DNA of 60,564 nucleotides from Octopus bimaculoides (GCF_001194135.2 NC_068981.1:68194575-68255138); one strand, 5' to 3'. Positions 11,146 to 23,790 are shown, counted from the first letter of the stretch. Notes: generated from the letters alone by a model not told the origin. A program made the numbers and translations.

Positions 11146-12242
11146 TTGCCAGCTGTACTATTTATACTAAAAAATAGTAAAAATTCCCTACATTTTTTGA
11201 GTAAATTTTCTCATTTTTTTTTTTGTAATTATGATTTCTCATATCGGTAATATTTGGAGGATAACATGCAAGCCCATATAATTTTATTAGTCATTTAAGG
11301 TAATACACTGTCGTCTTTTCTAGATGTAGGGTGAAACTGGTAAGTGATATGGGTAGAATATCATCATTGCGAAGGGTGTTTCAAATTCAAACTATAAAAC
11401 AAAAGTTAACGAAACTGTACGAATATTAATTAGTTAATATCACTACAATTATTTGTGGAAATTCCTTAAAGTACAGGAATCCAAGTATAGAAGCATTTTG
11501 AGTATCAATAGACAAATTCATATTGGGCATAAAAGAAGAGAAATAGTGTATGCAACTTTATCTGTTGTTAAACATTGCAATATTTTGAAATTAGCATCAA
11601 CCATCACATATTCCGTAAACATTTAGCACCTTTTCAAAAACTTGGGTATAGTATTACTGCATTACGGAGATGAGGGTGTACAAATCTTAATATTTATATT
11701 TTACCCACCTACACATGTTGTATACAATAACAGAAGAATGTCTTTTTTTAATAAAGCAACATTAACACGAACAGTATATATATATATATNNNNNNNNNNN
11801 NNNNNNNNNNNNNNNNNNNNNNNNNNNNNNNNNNNNNNNNNNNNNNNNNNNNNNNNNNNNNNNNNNNNNNNNNNNNNNNNNNNNNNNNNNNNNNNNNNNN
11901 NNNNNNNNNNNNNNNNNNNNNNNNNNNNNNNNNNNNNNNNNNNNNNNNNNNNNNNNNNNNNNNNNNNNNNNNNNNNNNNNNNNNNNNNNNNNNNNNNNNN
12001 NNNNNNNNNNNNNNNNNNNNNNNNNNNNNNNNNNNNNNNNNNNNNNNNNNNNNNNNNNNNNNNNNNNNNNNNNNNNNNNNNNNNNNNNNNNNNNNNNNNN
12101 NNNNNNNNNNNNNNNNNNNNNNNNNNNNNNNNNNNNNNNNNNNNNNNNNNNNNNNNNNNNNNNNNNNNNNNNNNNNNNNNNNNNNNNNNNNNNNNNNNNN
12201 NNNNNNNNNNNNNNNNNNNNNNNNNNNNNNNNNNNNNNNNNN

Positions 12243-12277
<35 letters not shown>

Positions 12278-12993
12278 TATGTGTGTGTGTGTATGTGTGT
12301 GTGTATGTGCGTGTGTGTGTGTGTGTGTGTGTGTTTGTTTGTGTGCATGTAAAAGCTGTTTTTGTCTCTGAAATCATACTTATATGCAAGCACTGGCCCA
12401 CACGCATACGCACACATACACACAAACACACACATGCACACATACCTTCATATTTATCTAAACGCTCACATATGTTTTTCGTATGTGGAGTAACGTTATT
12501 CGATGAAACACATTCACTTAATACATTCATACCATAATTACGTACACCCTCTTCATACTTACGTGTCCATTTGTATGTGTGTCTGGCGTATATATTCATC
12601 TAAATATACACATGTGTTGTTTATGATATAGTCTGCACGCCTGTAGACGTTCAGGTGTATCTGAGTAATGGTAAATATGACACATCCAAGGAAATCATGT
12701 GTATAATAGTGGATGAGATCATGTATTATGCGAGATGGACGGGGAAATGTGTGGAAACCACAAGAAAGAATGATACCGAGCAAGTAGGAGACAGAAAAAA
12801 AGATAAACGTATCGTATAGAAACGAGAGCTAAAGTTGATTACTTTGAAGTTACAAAAGACGGAGTGTAGTATTGAAAGAGAATTAGAAGACATGTAAGAG
12901 AATATGTATTAGTATGACTTGTCTAAAGAAATATGTTGAAAGCTAAGAGGATGTAATGTTCTGGGAAATCACATGGACAAAGCACACACACAC

Positions 12994-13031
<38 letters not shown>

Positions 13032-13619
13032 NNNNNNNNNNNNNNNNNNNNNNNNNNNNNNNNNNNNNNNNNNNNNNNNNNNNNNNNNNNNNNNNNNNNN
13101 NNNNNNNNNNNNNNNNNNNNNNNNNNNNNNNNNNNNNNNNNNNNNNNNNNNNNNNNNNNNNNNNNNNNNNNNNNNNNNNNNNNNNNNNNNNNNNNNNNNN
13201 NNNNNNNNNNNNNNNNNNNNNNNNNNNNNNNNNNNNNNNNNNNNNNNNNNNNNNNNNNNNNNNNNNNNNNNNNNNNNNNNNNNNNNNNNNNNNNNNNNNN
13301 NNNNNNNNNNNNNNNNNNNNNNNNNNNNNNNNNNNNNNNNNNNNNNNNNNNNNNNNNNNNNNNNNNNNNNNNNNNNNNNNNNNNNNNNNNNNNNNNNNNN
13401 NNNNNNNNNNNNNNNNNNNNNNNNNNNNNNNNNNNNNNNNNNNNNNNNNNNNNNNNNNNNNNNNNNNNNNNNNNNNNTATATATATATACATATAAACAG
13501 GTATATAGAATGTGTAAGCAGGATGAGGGAGATGAGCTACAAAGTTATTAACTGAAAGAGTCTGAAAATGAACGAGTGTAATGAATATAAGAGAAAAAAG
13601 CTTAGAAGATGAAAGTGGG

Positions 13620-14100
13620 CTTCAGGGGAAGCTTTGCAATCTAAATAATATGCAATAACTGATTTAATGTACATGCAAGGCTGAAGGTTGGTGTTATTTG
13701 GCAGCTTCAATAAAAGAATGAAGTAATGACTAGCTACAGTTTAGAGTTCAGTAGAGAAAATATCATAAAGAGGGAATCTGGATTAATAGGTCAAATATCG
13801 ATAATATGGAGAAAAAAAGAAAATTAGACAAATTATGATTTACATATTTGGCACAAGGACATGCAGCCTTAGGACAATCAATATAATTGATTCTTGTGTT
13901 GGACGGGCATACATTTTATAGGAACGAATGATGAAAGTGAATGTAGAGCGAAGCTATAAAAAAATTTGGTATATATTTAGGGAAGTACTAATATTAATTA
14001 CTAATAGGCTGACACATTGCAGCAATGATTGCGTATATCGTGCATCTCGTTTGTTCAATCCGTCTTCAGAAATGTACAGCAACTTGCGGATGAAAAAATG
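13620..14100 (-). pseudogene. Possible LRRNT/LRR relic
   Basis: Minus strand: YIDCPKAACPC (CP..C.C, LRRNT-like) and ILLLKLPNNTNL. Confidence 0.3.
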
Positions 14101-14272
14101 TATAGTCCGACAACACAGAATATAGAATGTTTATAAAATATTTAATATTCACAAGAGAATGTATCGACAATATTTCATACATCATGTCTATGATTAATTC
14201 ATGGCTAAAGAGAATATGAATTTATAAACCTATATACGTACACATATACATTCACTTATGTGTGGTCGTCTG

Positions 14273-14316
<44 letters not shown>

Positions 14317-15487
14317 NNNNNNNNNNNNNNNNNNNNNNNNNNNNNNNNNNNNNNNNNNNNNNNNNNNNNNNNNNNNNNNNNNNNNNNNNNNNNNNNNNNN
14401 NNNNNNNNNNNNNNNNNNNNNNNNNNNNNNNNNNNNNNNNNNNNNNNNNNNNNNNNNNNNNNNNNNNNNNNNNNNNNNNNNNNNNNNNNNNNNNNNNNNN
14501 NNNNNNNNNNNNNNNNNNNNNNNNNNNNNNNNNNNNNNNNNNNNNNNNNNNNNNNNNNNNNNNNNTATATATATATATATTTGTATATATACATATTTCA
14601 TCTTTAATCGGAATTGCTGATTATGGTTAGTCACGATATGACCATAGGTTTCGCACTTAGAGAGTTATTTGCGTTATTGGTCTCTCAGGATGCTCTTTGG
14701 CCGGAGGTCCATAGTCTTAGTCAGTCAGAGCTGTGAAAGGAAACACAAAACACAATTCTAATGCGGGATGTACCATCTGGGCGAGCTGGTATTATCTCCC
14801 GTTGTCCTCTTCCAGTTTCGTTCGAAACTGGTCACTACCTGAGCGTTATTCTTTTGATAGTCGGCAAATAAAGAAATCTGTGTTCCAACACCAATTTCCT
14901 CTGATGAGGGCACCGTCTAAATACGTCACTTTTGGAATTGAACGAGTCCAGGTTAAGCGAGTTCTTCAGGTTCTTTACTCTTTGGACCAAGCAATGTTTA
15001 CGTCGTCTGTTTCCATTAAGGTATATGACACAGGTTATTTAACATGCTTCGATTTAATTTTGCATGGCATACACTTTTCTTTTAAATGCAAGACGTAGCT
15101 GGCGAAGGACATAACGTTCTTCTTTTCTGAGATCAGAAAAGGAGACTGATGGCTCTTGAAGGTCTCACTCCAACTCCAACACACGCACACATGCGTCTGT
15201 TTCTCTACGTGTGTACTATGAACGAGCTTGGGTCTATGCGTGAGTGTGTGCTTGTGTAAGTATTAAAAAAACACACACATACACATTGATATGCATGTAT
15301 TGTGTATACGTATTTCCTTGCCAGCTGAATATATGTATTTAATGATACAGTATATTCCTGGCACACTTCACTAATCCCTCAAGTCTTTCTCGCTACTCTT
15401 ATCGTGTCTAGGATTATTTTGAATCCTATTATTCTTACTTATTTATTTAAAGGCACCCGCTTTTCTTATTCTCACTGATTCACTTAA

Positions 15488-15760
15488 AATCTTCGTTGCT
15501 CTAAATCTTCCGTCGCCTACGATCTTCGTCGCTCACAATCTTCGTCGCTCATTCTCATCGTCGCTCACGGTCTACGCCCCTTACAATCTTCGTCGCTCAT
15601 AGTCATCGTCGCTCACGATCTTCGTCGCTCACGATCTTCGTCGCTCACGATCTTCGTCGCTCACGATCTTCGTCGCTCACGATCTTCGTCGCTCACGATC
15701 TTCGTCGCTCAGGATTTTCGTCACTCACAAACTTCGTCGCTGACAATCTTCGTCTCTCAA
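15488..15760. repeat. 16-bp CpG-rich minisatellite, 17 units (gatcttcgtcgctcac)
   Basis: Five perfect central units (15617-15696) with progressively diverged flanking units. Confidence 0.97.
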
Positions 15761-15953
15761 AATCTTGTTTATGCATATATATGTGTATATATACGTTCGT
15801 ATTTAATGACATGTGGGCTTACACACACGCACACACGCACACACGCATAAACACACGTGTGTATGTGTGTTTATGTGCACGCGCGCGCGGATGGATGAGC
15901 GAGAGCCTGTGTAAGTGTGCGTATGTTTGTTTCTTTGTTTGTTTCTTTGTTTC

Positions 15954-16022
15954 TTTCTTCTTCTTCTTCTTCTTCTTCTTCTTCTTCTTCTTCTTCTTCT
16001 TCTTCTTCTTTTTCTTCTTCTT
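15954..16022. repeat. (TTC)n microsatellite
   Basis: Directly visible. Confidence 0.95.
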
Positions 16023-16629
16023 CTATCAACCGACTTAGTTATTATTAACTTCATGGCATCTGTTTTTGCTATTGGTATTTTGCTTAAATTAAAATACAGC
16101 CGTTACTTTGGGAAACAAATCCCAGACGGCAAGGATTACGTGAATAGGTGGATGAAGATGAAGCGACGACGATGTGTGACTAATATAGTCACAGGTAAGA
16201 CAGTAAATGCGGCCAAGCTTACTGCTTGAATGGTTGCAATTAATTATCAGAAAATAAGGAAATAAATCTCTCTATATATATATATAAAATATGCAAACAG
16301 AACCAGAATGCCGAAAAATAAATTCACGCCGCATAGAATCAGCATCTGTTTCAAAATTAATCAAAGTTCACAAGTATGCAAAAGTGTGAAAATTGATTTG
16401 TATTTTAAACATATATATGAATTAGTATATCTCGCATCGTTATATTAAAAGTACAATTACATGTCCCTTTAAAGACCATGCACATAACAGTATAGAATTA
16501 ATTACTTACACCAATGCAGCTGGTGTTACAATTAGTGTATGCATTAGCACATAAACAAATAGCAAATTCTCTCCTCTATGCAAGTGGGAGAATCTGTTTG
16601 TGAATAAGCACCCACAACGAAAACACGTA

Positions 16630-16671
<42 letters not shown>

Positions 16672-16722
16672 CACACACATTACATATGGGCTTGAATGTA
16701 TTTACATATGTATACCTACATA

Positions 16723-17030
16723 GAGAAGACATGTGGCTTAGTGGTTAGGGCATTCGGCTTACGATCGTAAGGTCATGAGTTCAATTCCGGGCGACGCTTC
16801 TGTCCTGAGCAAGTAACTTTATTTCAAAATTTTCCAGTCTACTCAGTAGGCAAAAAAATTAGCAGTACCTGTATTTCAAAGACCAGATGTATCAAACTCT
16901 GAGAACTACGTTAAGGGCACAAGTGTCTGTGGACTTCTCATCGACTTTCACGCTAATTTCAGGAGAAGCCTGTTCCGTTGGTAGGGCCCACTGGATCCCT
17001 AATCGTCGTAACCGATCGAGCACCAGCAAG
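16723..17030 (+). mobile_element. tRNA-derived SINE, family D
   Basis: Head tggcttagtggttagggcattcggc..gagttcaattccggg (A and B boxes), central segment tgtcctgagcaagtaactttatttc..ccagtctactcag, and the 3' tail shared with 8177-8510. Confidence 0.8.
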
Positions 17031-17099
17031 CATTGCATACACATATGTGTATATATATATGTGTATATATGTATGTATATATATATGTATATGTATATG

Positions 17100-17158
<59 letters not shown>

Positions 17159-17899
17159 ATATCTGTGTATGGGGGTGGGGATGTCTGTTTGTCTGTCTCT
17201 GTGTAAAATTGTGTGCTTATTTCATGCGTAATTCTGCCAACCAATTAGAAAAATGCATTTACATATTTTGCTAAGATACACGATTCACAATCACGCACTG
17301 CAACTTATGCTGACAAGCACAGGCTTCTTGAAATACTACAAACTATTTAAACTGTGTCTCCGTATGCATAATTATGAGTCATTTCAAAATGCAATTTAAT
17401 AAATTGTATTAAATGTATTAAAAGCTGAGTGAATTTCACGATAAGTACTTAATAATTTCAGATTCTAGCAAACACGAGCATACGAATGCCAACATTAACA
17501 ATAACAGCAATCCTTTCTCTGATAAGAACAACCTTGAATATTTTCGAGAGAGGGGTAGCTGATTTTCTCAACCCCAGTAGACAGAAAGACTGAAAGATAA
17601 CGTCAGACTCGGTGAAAAGTGAATGCAGCGTGTACATGTAGAGGAAATGCCGCGGAAATTTTTGTCCACCTAACCATTCAGACAGACGAAGTCTTAAAGA
17701 CCACATTACAGGGAATGTACTTTGTTAGGAGGAGATAGTGTTTTGCGAAGTACTTTTGATTTTTGTTTCTGCTCATTCTTTAATGTATAAGCAGTTTATA
17801 ATTTTGATGTATTACCTTTTCTATTTATTATTTGCTTTCATTACTTCATGTAATGCGTAAACATATCAGTGGACATTAACATTTCTAATAGGAAGTACA

Positions 17900-18110
17900 G
17901 AATATGAAAGCGGTGATTACGACAGTTAGATGGTGGACAATATCAAATCTGATTTTTTACCTCTTGTTTGGGCAGCTATGTTCAGAGCATGCTCTATCTG
18001 CTCTATCACTGAGATATTTAAATCGTGGCAAAAACATGTATCATTCAATAACGCATGTAATATATCTTTGCAAGCCGACAAAGAGATTGACTCAATCAAA
18101 ATAGACACAT
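17900..18110 (+). pseudogene. Possible LRR relic
   Basis: EHALSALSLRYLNRGKN resembles AF..L.SLRYLNL..N. Confidence 0.3.
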
Positions 18111-18212
18111 AGTACAGGAAGAATTGGTTTGATAATGTATGAATACAGATACACCCCACCACACACATACATATATAGGACGCTTCTGGCGTTAGCAAAA
18201 TCACTGAAATCG

Positions 18213-19099
18213 TTGTTAGCAAATTCATTGAAATACAAGGATCTTCAAATTAAATTAAAGGATGTAATATGAAATACAATTCGTTCGCGTATCATTTACT
18301 ATACCTGGTATGGCAAAAATAGAATTTCAACAAAAGTATTCAAACCATATCAGAATTCATAGGATTATTCTTTACCTAAACCTACCAGTGCAATAAAACT
18401 CTATAAACTGACTCTGCCCACACTACTTTTCCTATACGATAAGTACTTAATGTAATGTTAAAAATCGTAAAGAGTATTCTATAAAAACATCACAAGCCAT
18501 AACAACAGCGCAAGCTTGTATATTTACGTATACACGGTGCTATAACAACGCCGATTCTCATAAATCTTAGACGTACTATACACAGTTGATGTGGCGCGAA
18601 TATAACACTTCATACAATATATATACCACACGGAATGCGTAGCTCATAAATTATGCAAAATAATTTGTAACGTATATGTCCATACTGTATATAAATAGCA
18701 ACCGTGGATGATGTTATATTAAGGAAGCTAGCTGGCAGAATCGTTAGCCTGTCAAGCGAAATGCTTAGCGGTATTTCGTCTGTCGCTTGCTTCTCGGTTC
18801 AAATTCCGCCGAGGTCGACATTGCTTTCATCGTTTCAAGGTCGTTAAATTATGTACCAGTTGAGCACTTGAGTCGATATCATCGCCACATCCTTTCCCCA
18901 AAACGTCAGACATTGCGGCAAATTTTGAATCTATTTTTTTAATTATTTCTTCGTAACACAGTGTAGGTAAAAATGCACCGGAGTTTTAGTCATCCGCCAA
19001 GCCACAACATTGACCTCAGATACTCGAACGGATTGTATTTCATATTACACACTTTATTTTAATTTCAAGATCCTTGTATTTCAGTGATTTTGCTAACAA
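18213..19099. repeat. Long inverted repeat pair (81-bp arms); possible MITE/foldback element
   Basis: 18213-18293 vs the reverse complement of 19019-19099: 8 mismatches in 81 nt by manual alignment. Confidence 0.8.
18724..18925 (+). mobile_element. SINE family B
   Basis: agctggcagaatcgttagc..aaatgcttagcggtatttcgtc..gttcaaattccgccgaggtcgac..; many copies in the window. Confidence 0.85.
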
Positions 19100-19410
19100 T
19101 ATTTGTCCACTATTTTGGTATAGGATTGAGTACAAAGCTCCGATCACTATTGGTATCACTTTTGCATTACCCTCTATCATTCCATACAGTCTTGGCATTG
19201 CCACTTTCAATTCGGAGAACTTGGTGATTTTTTTCAACCTCTTTTCTCCCAACAGTCATGTAATGTGGTATGGCTACATCAATGATCTGAGAGTATTTGT
19301 CTCTCTTATTCAATATGATACTATCCGGCCGACGGTGTTCGATTACACGATCTGTCTGAAAATCATAGTCCCAGAGTATCGTAATTTTCCCATCCTCTCG
19401 CATTACTTTA
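19100..19410 (-). mobile_element. R4/Dong-like retrotransposon, restriction-like endonuclease fragment
   Basis: ORFs 19167-19403 and 19040-19252 give ITILWDYDFQTDRVIEHRRPD..IIDVAIP..K..KITKFSELK..VIPIVIGAL, the RLE PD..D..K signature. Confidence 0.88.
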
Positions 19411-19419
19411 CTTCGTATA

Positions 19420-20830
19420 TGCTCAGCTTCTAAGTACTACGGTGCCAGCTGTTCACTACCAGTGAACTAAGTTAACGCCCCTTATTTTTCGAGCACCATC
19501 CGGAGTGTTCGAGCGGTTCCAAGCAGTGCTATTTTCTGCAAGTACTTATAACCCGTCTCTTCTATCTGTTCATAACGTCCCCCGACGGTATCGTTAGTCC
19601 ATCCATACATTTGATTGTGCCTCTCTTCAATACTAACACACCGCACTTTCTAAGTCCGAACTCCATTCTGTTATCAGCATTCTGTTATCTGGTGTTGCTT
19701 GGTTGGCATTTAACAAAGTGTTGAGTTGTGCAGCTATTCGTGCATGGCTTTGATCCAGTAGCCTTGAACTCCATCTGGTCCCAGGGCCTTTCAGTTACTC
19801 ATTTTTGTTGCTGATTTCCTTCACTTCCCTAACTGAAATGACTAGTTCTGCCTGTTTTGGACAGACGACTGTTTGTTTCAGTTCTTGCAACCATTCAGCA
19901 TCCTTGTTGTACTATTTTTCATTGCTCCAGATGTCACTCCAAAACTTCTGACTTTCAACGTTATCTGGTAGCAACTTTTCATCTGTACACTCTCCATTTA
20001 TTTCTTTATAGAATCCCTTCTGATCAACTCTGAATAACCTATTCTGGTGGTAACCCCTCAGTCTTTGGTCGTATGTTACAGTCTTTGATTTCTTTGCAAC
20101 GAAGCGCTACTACAGTCCTCTATTACTACTTTCAGAGCCTTTCTTTCAGTATTATACTTCTTTTTCACCTCCCCTTTGTCTTTTCGTTCTAACACAGAGA
20201 TTTCCCTTCGAGAGCATGTCTAACCCTGCCTGGATCTCTTCTTTTGTCACCCCTATTATGTTTCTTTTTCTGCTACAACAATACTTGCTGTCTTGATCAA
20301 ATTATTTGTTTCTGTGATGTTGCTTGTTCTAATGTATTTCAGAATTTCATTGACATTTTTCGTTTTTTGGTTGAATTTCCATCGATCAATCTTTTTTAAG
20401 GTATCAAATAATGTCGCTATCGTTCTCCAGTTGTCTTACCATTATTCTGTCATAGAAAGCCTTTTGTTCATCTGTCATATCGCTATTAGTTTTACCGTCT
20501 TCTTTTAGATCATCTACATGTCCCCCATTAAGTAAGCTACCACTGCTCCTTTCCTGTATTTTCATTCTTATCTATGCTTCTATTGTCCATGACCCGTCTT
20601 TTGATAGCTTCGAGCCCTACTTCTGCGAACCAACAATGTTTTTCTTATTGCTCTAGCTTGATCACATAGTCTCTGTTCAGTGAGTTGAAACAATCCCTTT
20701 TCTCTCCAATGATCATGCATACGTTGTTGCTAACCCCTAATTTGAGCTCTATTTTCATCTACCGGTTTGCTCAGGTAGTAACATTACACAACAACAGCAT
20801 TAATTTGTTTGCTCCATCTACGCCATGTGT
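19420..20830 (-). mobile_element. Internally deleted R4/Dong-like retrotransposon
   Basis: Minus strand: QNRLFRVDQKGFYKEING, QKFWSDIWS, GPDGVQGYWIK (pre-RT region), then ..EETGYKYL fused directly to the terminal QKIALLGTARTLRMVLEK* (stop at 19482-84). The 5' boundary is approximate. Confidence 0.8.
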
Positions 20831-20881
20831 GGTGTTACCTTTCTGGATATCAACATGCTGGATCCGGACCAGTATCTTTGA

Positions 20882-21243
20882 GTCTACCCGTTTCCTTTCA
20901 TCATTATCATTATCATCATCACTGATATCACTGGTATTATTGTTTTATGTATAGTAGTAGTAGTGGTTGCAGCAACAGCAACGCTAGCAGGGGTGGGGGA
21001 TTTTTTTTTTCATTGTCACTCATATGAGGTAGCGATTATGAGATTGCGCAATTACCAGTGTTTTCATTCCGGCGCCATCACTAGATGTAATCCTTATGAG
21101 CCCATAAGGAGACTCCACCCGTTTCCTTTCATTATTATTATTATCATCATCACTGATATCACTGGTCTTTTTGTTTTTATGTGTAATAGTAGCAGTGCTT
21201 GCAGCAACAGCAACATTAGCAGCGGTGGGGTTCATTTTCAAAA
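20882..21243. repeat. ~125-bp imperfect direct repeat (20882-21008 and 21112-21243)
   Basis: acccgtttcctttcat..atcatcatcactgatatcactggt..gcagcaacagcaac..agc.g.ggtgggg occurs twice. Confidence 0.85.
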
Positions 21244-21297
<54 letters not shown>

Positions 21298-21350
21298 GTT
21301 ATTAATATTAGTATTATTATTATTATTATTATTATTATTGTTATTATTAT
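21244..21350. repeat. (TTA)n microsatellite
   Basis: Directly visible. Confidence 0.95.
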
Positions 21351-21355
21351 TTTAT

Positions 21356-22060
21356 ATTTGTCTTTTGCTTTGCATTTGTACACGTTGGCTCCAAGTCTCA
21401 CACAGAGACCTCAAGAGACAAGTTAGAAGTTCATCTTGGTGTTATGCCTAGTGTGCCATATATTTGGTTTTGTACGTAGTGTTGTTCTAGAGAATATTTA
21501 AGAAACAATAAGAATCATGTGGGTTTTTCTTCAAAATTTGAGATTACAGAGAAACTATTGTGCGTACCATATAGGGAGTTCCATTGAGCACTATCTCTTG
21601 AATTTTGCCATTGTGGGGATTCCTGGTATCTGAGATAGGTACCAATAAGCCCCTTTTGCTATGGCAACAGGTATTGCTTTAATCTTCTATGTAATCTTCC
21701 CTTTCTAATGTTGAAGACTGGTATATATACACAGTTTATCTATTCTGGTTTTAATATCATTTTTAGTAATCCTAAATTTTATCTTCATACAACATAGCAA
21801 TATTGTTTATATACAATCATCCATTGTACCCCATGATAGTCCCCTCTGTACTACCGTTATATATTTTATTAGCGTCTTGCCCCTTTAACTGGTAATTAAC
21901 ATCTTCATTTAGTGTCTTCTCCTACTCAGCCACCTTTATAAACAGTTGCTCATACATTTTCTAAACCCTGACAATATTTATGACCAATCCCACCTATAAT
22001 CTGTCAACTCGCTCAGTCTATCTATTCTAAACAGACACTGCCTTAGTTTTGGTAGTTGCT
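21356..22060 (-). mobile_element. Second R4/Dong-like family, degenerate 3' end
   Basis: IKAIPVAIAKGAYWYLSQIPGIPTMA / IQEIVLNGTPYMVRTIVSL* (one frameshift), then a 3' UTR running into (TAA)n on the minus strand. The upstream boundary is approximate. Confidence 0.65.
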
Positions 22061-22550
22061 AAAAAAGGACTAATGAATTAAAAGTAAACCACAATCTTTT
22101 ACAAGGTATGACCCTAACAGACTTCATACAGTTCTCAGAAGTGTAGTATCTTCAGAGTCACATTAGTAGCAGCATGGACATTTTCCCTCTTCTTGCTCTA
22201 TTAGAGAATTTGAGTAAAATTATATTAATATGGCCAACTGCTTAAAAAATTCTATTTACTTATTTATGCAGCAGAGGATAGCCCTATATTTGAATTGGTG
22301 TAATGATTGCATTGTTCAATTAAATAGAGCCGCTTGAAACGTTCGTACTGCATCACCTCTTGATATCCTGTTGCTTATTTTGATGTTACACACACACAAA
22401 TATGTGTATATGTATATATATATATANNNNNNNNNNNNNNNNNNNNNNNNNNNNNNNNNNNNNNNNNNNNNNNNNNNNNNNNNNNNNNNNNNNNNNNNNN
22501 NNNNNNNNNNNNNNNNNNNNNNNNNNNNNNNNNTATATATACATACATAC

Positions 22551-22609
<59 letters not shown>

Positions 22610-22634
22610 CATAAAAATACATATATATATATGT

Positions 22635-22860
22635 GTGTTTGTGGGTGTTTGTGTGTGTCTATGCTTGCGTTTGTCCCTCACCACTGATTGACAACCGGTG
22701 GTGGCGTGTTTGCGTCCCCGTAACTTAATGGTTCAGAAAAAGAGACCTAATAGTGAGTATAAGGCTTGAAAAAAATAATAAGTACTAGGGTTGATTTCTT
22801 CGACTAAAACCCTTCAAGGAGGTTCACCAAAACTGCCGCAGTCAAATGAGTGAAAAATGT
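22635..22860 (+). mobile_element. SINE family A, 3' half
   Basis: ttgacaaccggtggtggcgtgtttgcgtccccgtaactta..aaagagacc..taagtact..tcgactaaaacccttcaagg..gccgcagtcaaatga; reverse complement of the 3' parts of the copies at 50572-50920 and 60232-60564. Confidence 0.8.
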
Positions 22861-23049
22861 AAGAGGTGAAATATAAAACACAGAAGATACTGGCCTGGAT
22901 ATTGCCGTGCCATGATTCTGTTTTGGACATAAAGATTTTACGAAATATTCAAAAAATAAGGTGGAAATTTAGGGAAGAAATGTTTCTATTGTATAAAATA
23001 ATGTAACCATAAGGATCTGCGATCAGACCATATTGAGCAGAATTTCCAT

Positions 23050-23790
23050 TCTGTACTAACTTAATGATTATAACAAATTTGATTGATACGTCAGGCAACA
23101 AATTGATACTTCTCCCATAATTGTCATAAAATTGTTGTATGTTCTCTCAAAACATATATATTTCTTCTCTTCAAAAGATATTTTTTCAATCAGATTATCT
23201 TTATTCCATAAATACGAATTTAGTTTAAAAATAACCCAGATGTATTTAGGTGCAGAATATATCTATATCCATGCCGAATGAAAATTTCTTATCCCCAAAT
23301 ATGTTCAGCCCTGAAATAGCAGTTACCGAACAATACTCTCTTTCTTTTCATGACAAAGTTTATTTTCAGAAAAAATCAATTGGTAAATACGAATGCCGTC
23401 ACTTAGAAAAATATCACTTCGACCTTTGCTCGCATCTGTGCTCTTCAAACTCATGAGCAACGCAATTATACTACCACACTGATCTTCCACATATCTCAGC
23501 AATAGCTTTGAACAAAAAAAAAATTATAATAGTAAAGAATTCTAGTTTCCTTCACTCTAAATGTTCTGATTTATGGAATAGAAACAGCTATCTTATCCAA
23601 TACAATATTTTAACAAGTATTTATTCATATATCGATCACTTGAGTATTCGTGTTTCGGCATTTTCTCCCATAAATTTCTGCAGGGAATAAATGCAATTAA
23701 GTATTTCACAAAGAACAAATTTCCAATTCCTTGAAACAAGATACTGCTAAACCATGGTGGAATGGATGAAATGTTGCTGTTACGTAATAA
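23050..23790 (+). pseudogene. TLR-like relic (LRR - LRRCT - LRRNT - LRR)
   Basis: IDTSGNKLILLP (23082-23117); FKNNP.VFRC..ICS (~23225-23310); YECRHLEKYHFDLCSHLCS (~23388-23445); YLIQYNILTSI (~23588-23620); KPWW (~23748). Confidence 0.5.

Noticed and set aside
14901-14930. ctgatga as a second hammerhead core
   Set aside because: No GAAA after a stem II and no stem I/III pairing.
15488-15760. CRISPR-like appearance of the 16-bp array (also the 17-bp array at 9262)
   Set aside because: The units are contiguous with no unique spacers, there are no cas genes, and the context is eukaryotic.
16030-16230. Possible TM-plus-TIR relic or exon after the (TTC)n tract
   Set aside because: A hydrophobic stretch is present but there is no convincing TIR box, so the evidence is too weak to call.
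16730-16795. tRNA gene candidates (also 8185-8250 and the SINE A heads)
   Set aside because: They have A/B boxes but no complete cloverleaf or acceptor stem, and they continue into repeated SINE bodies.
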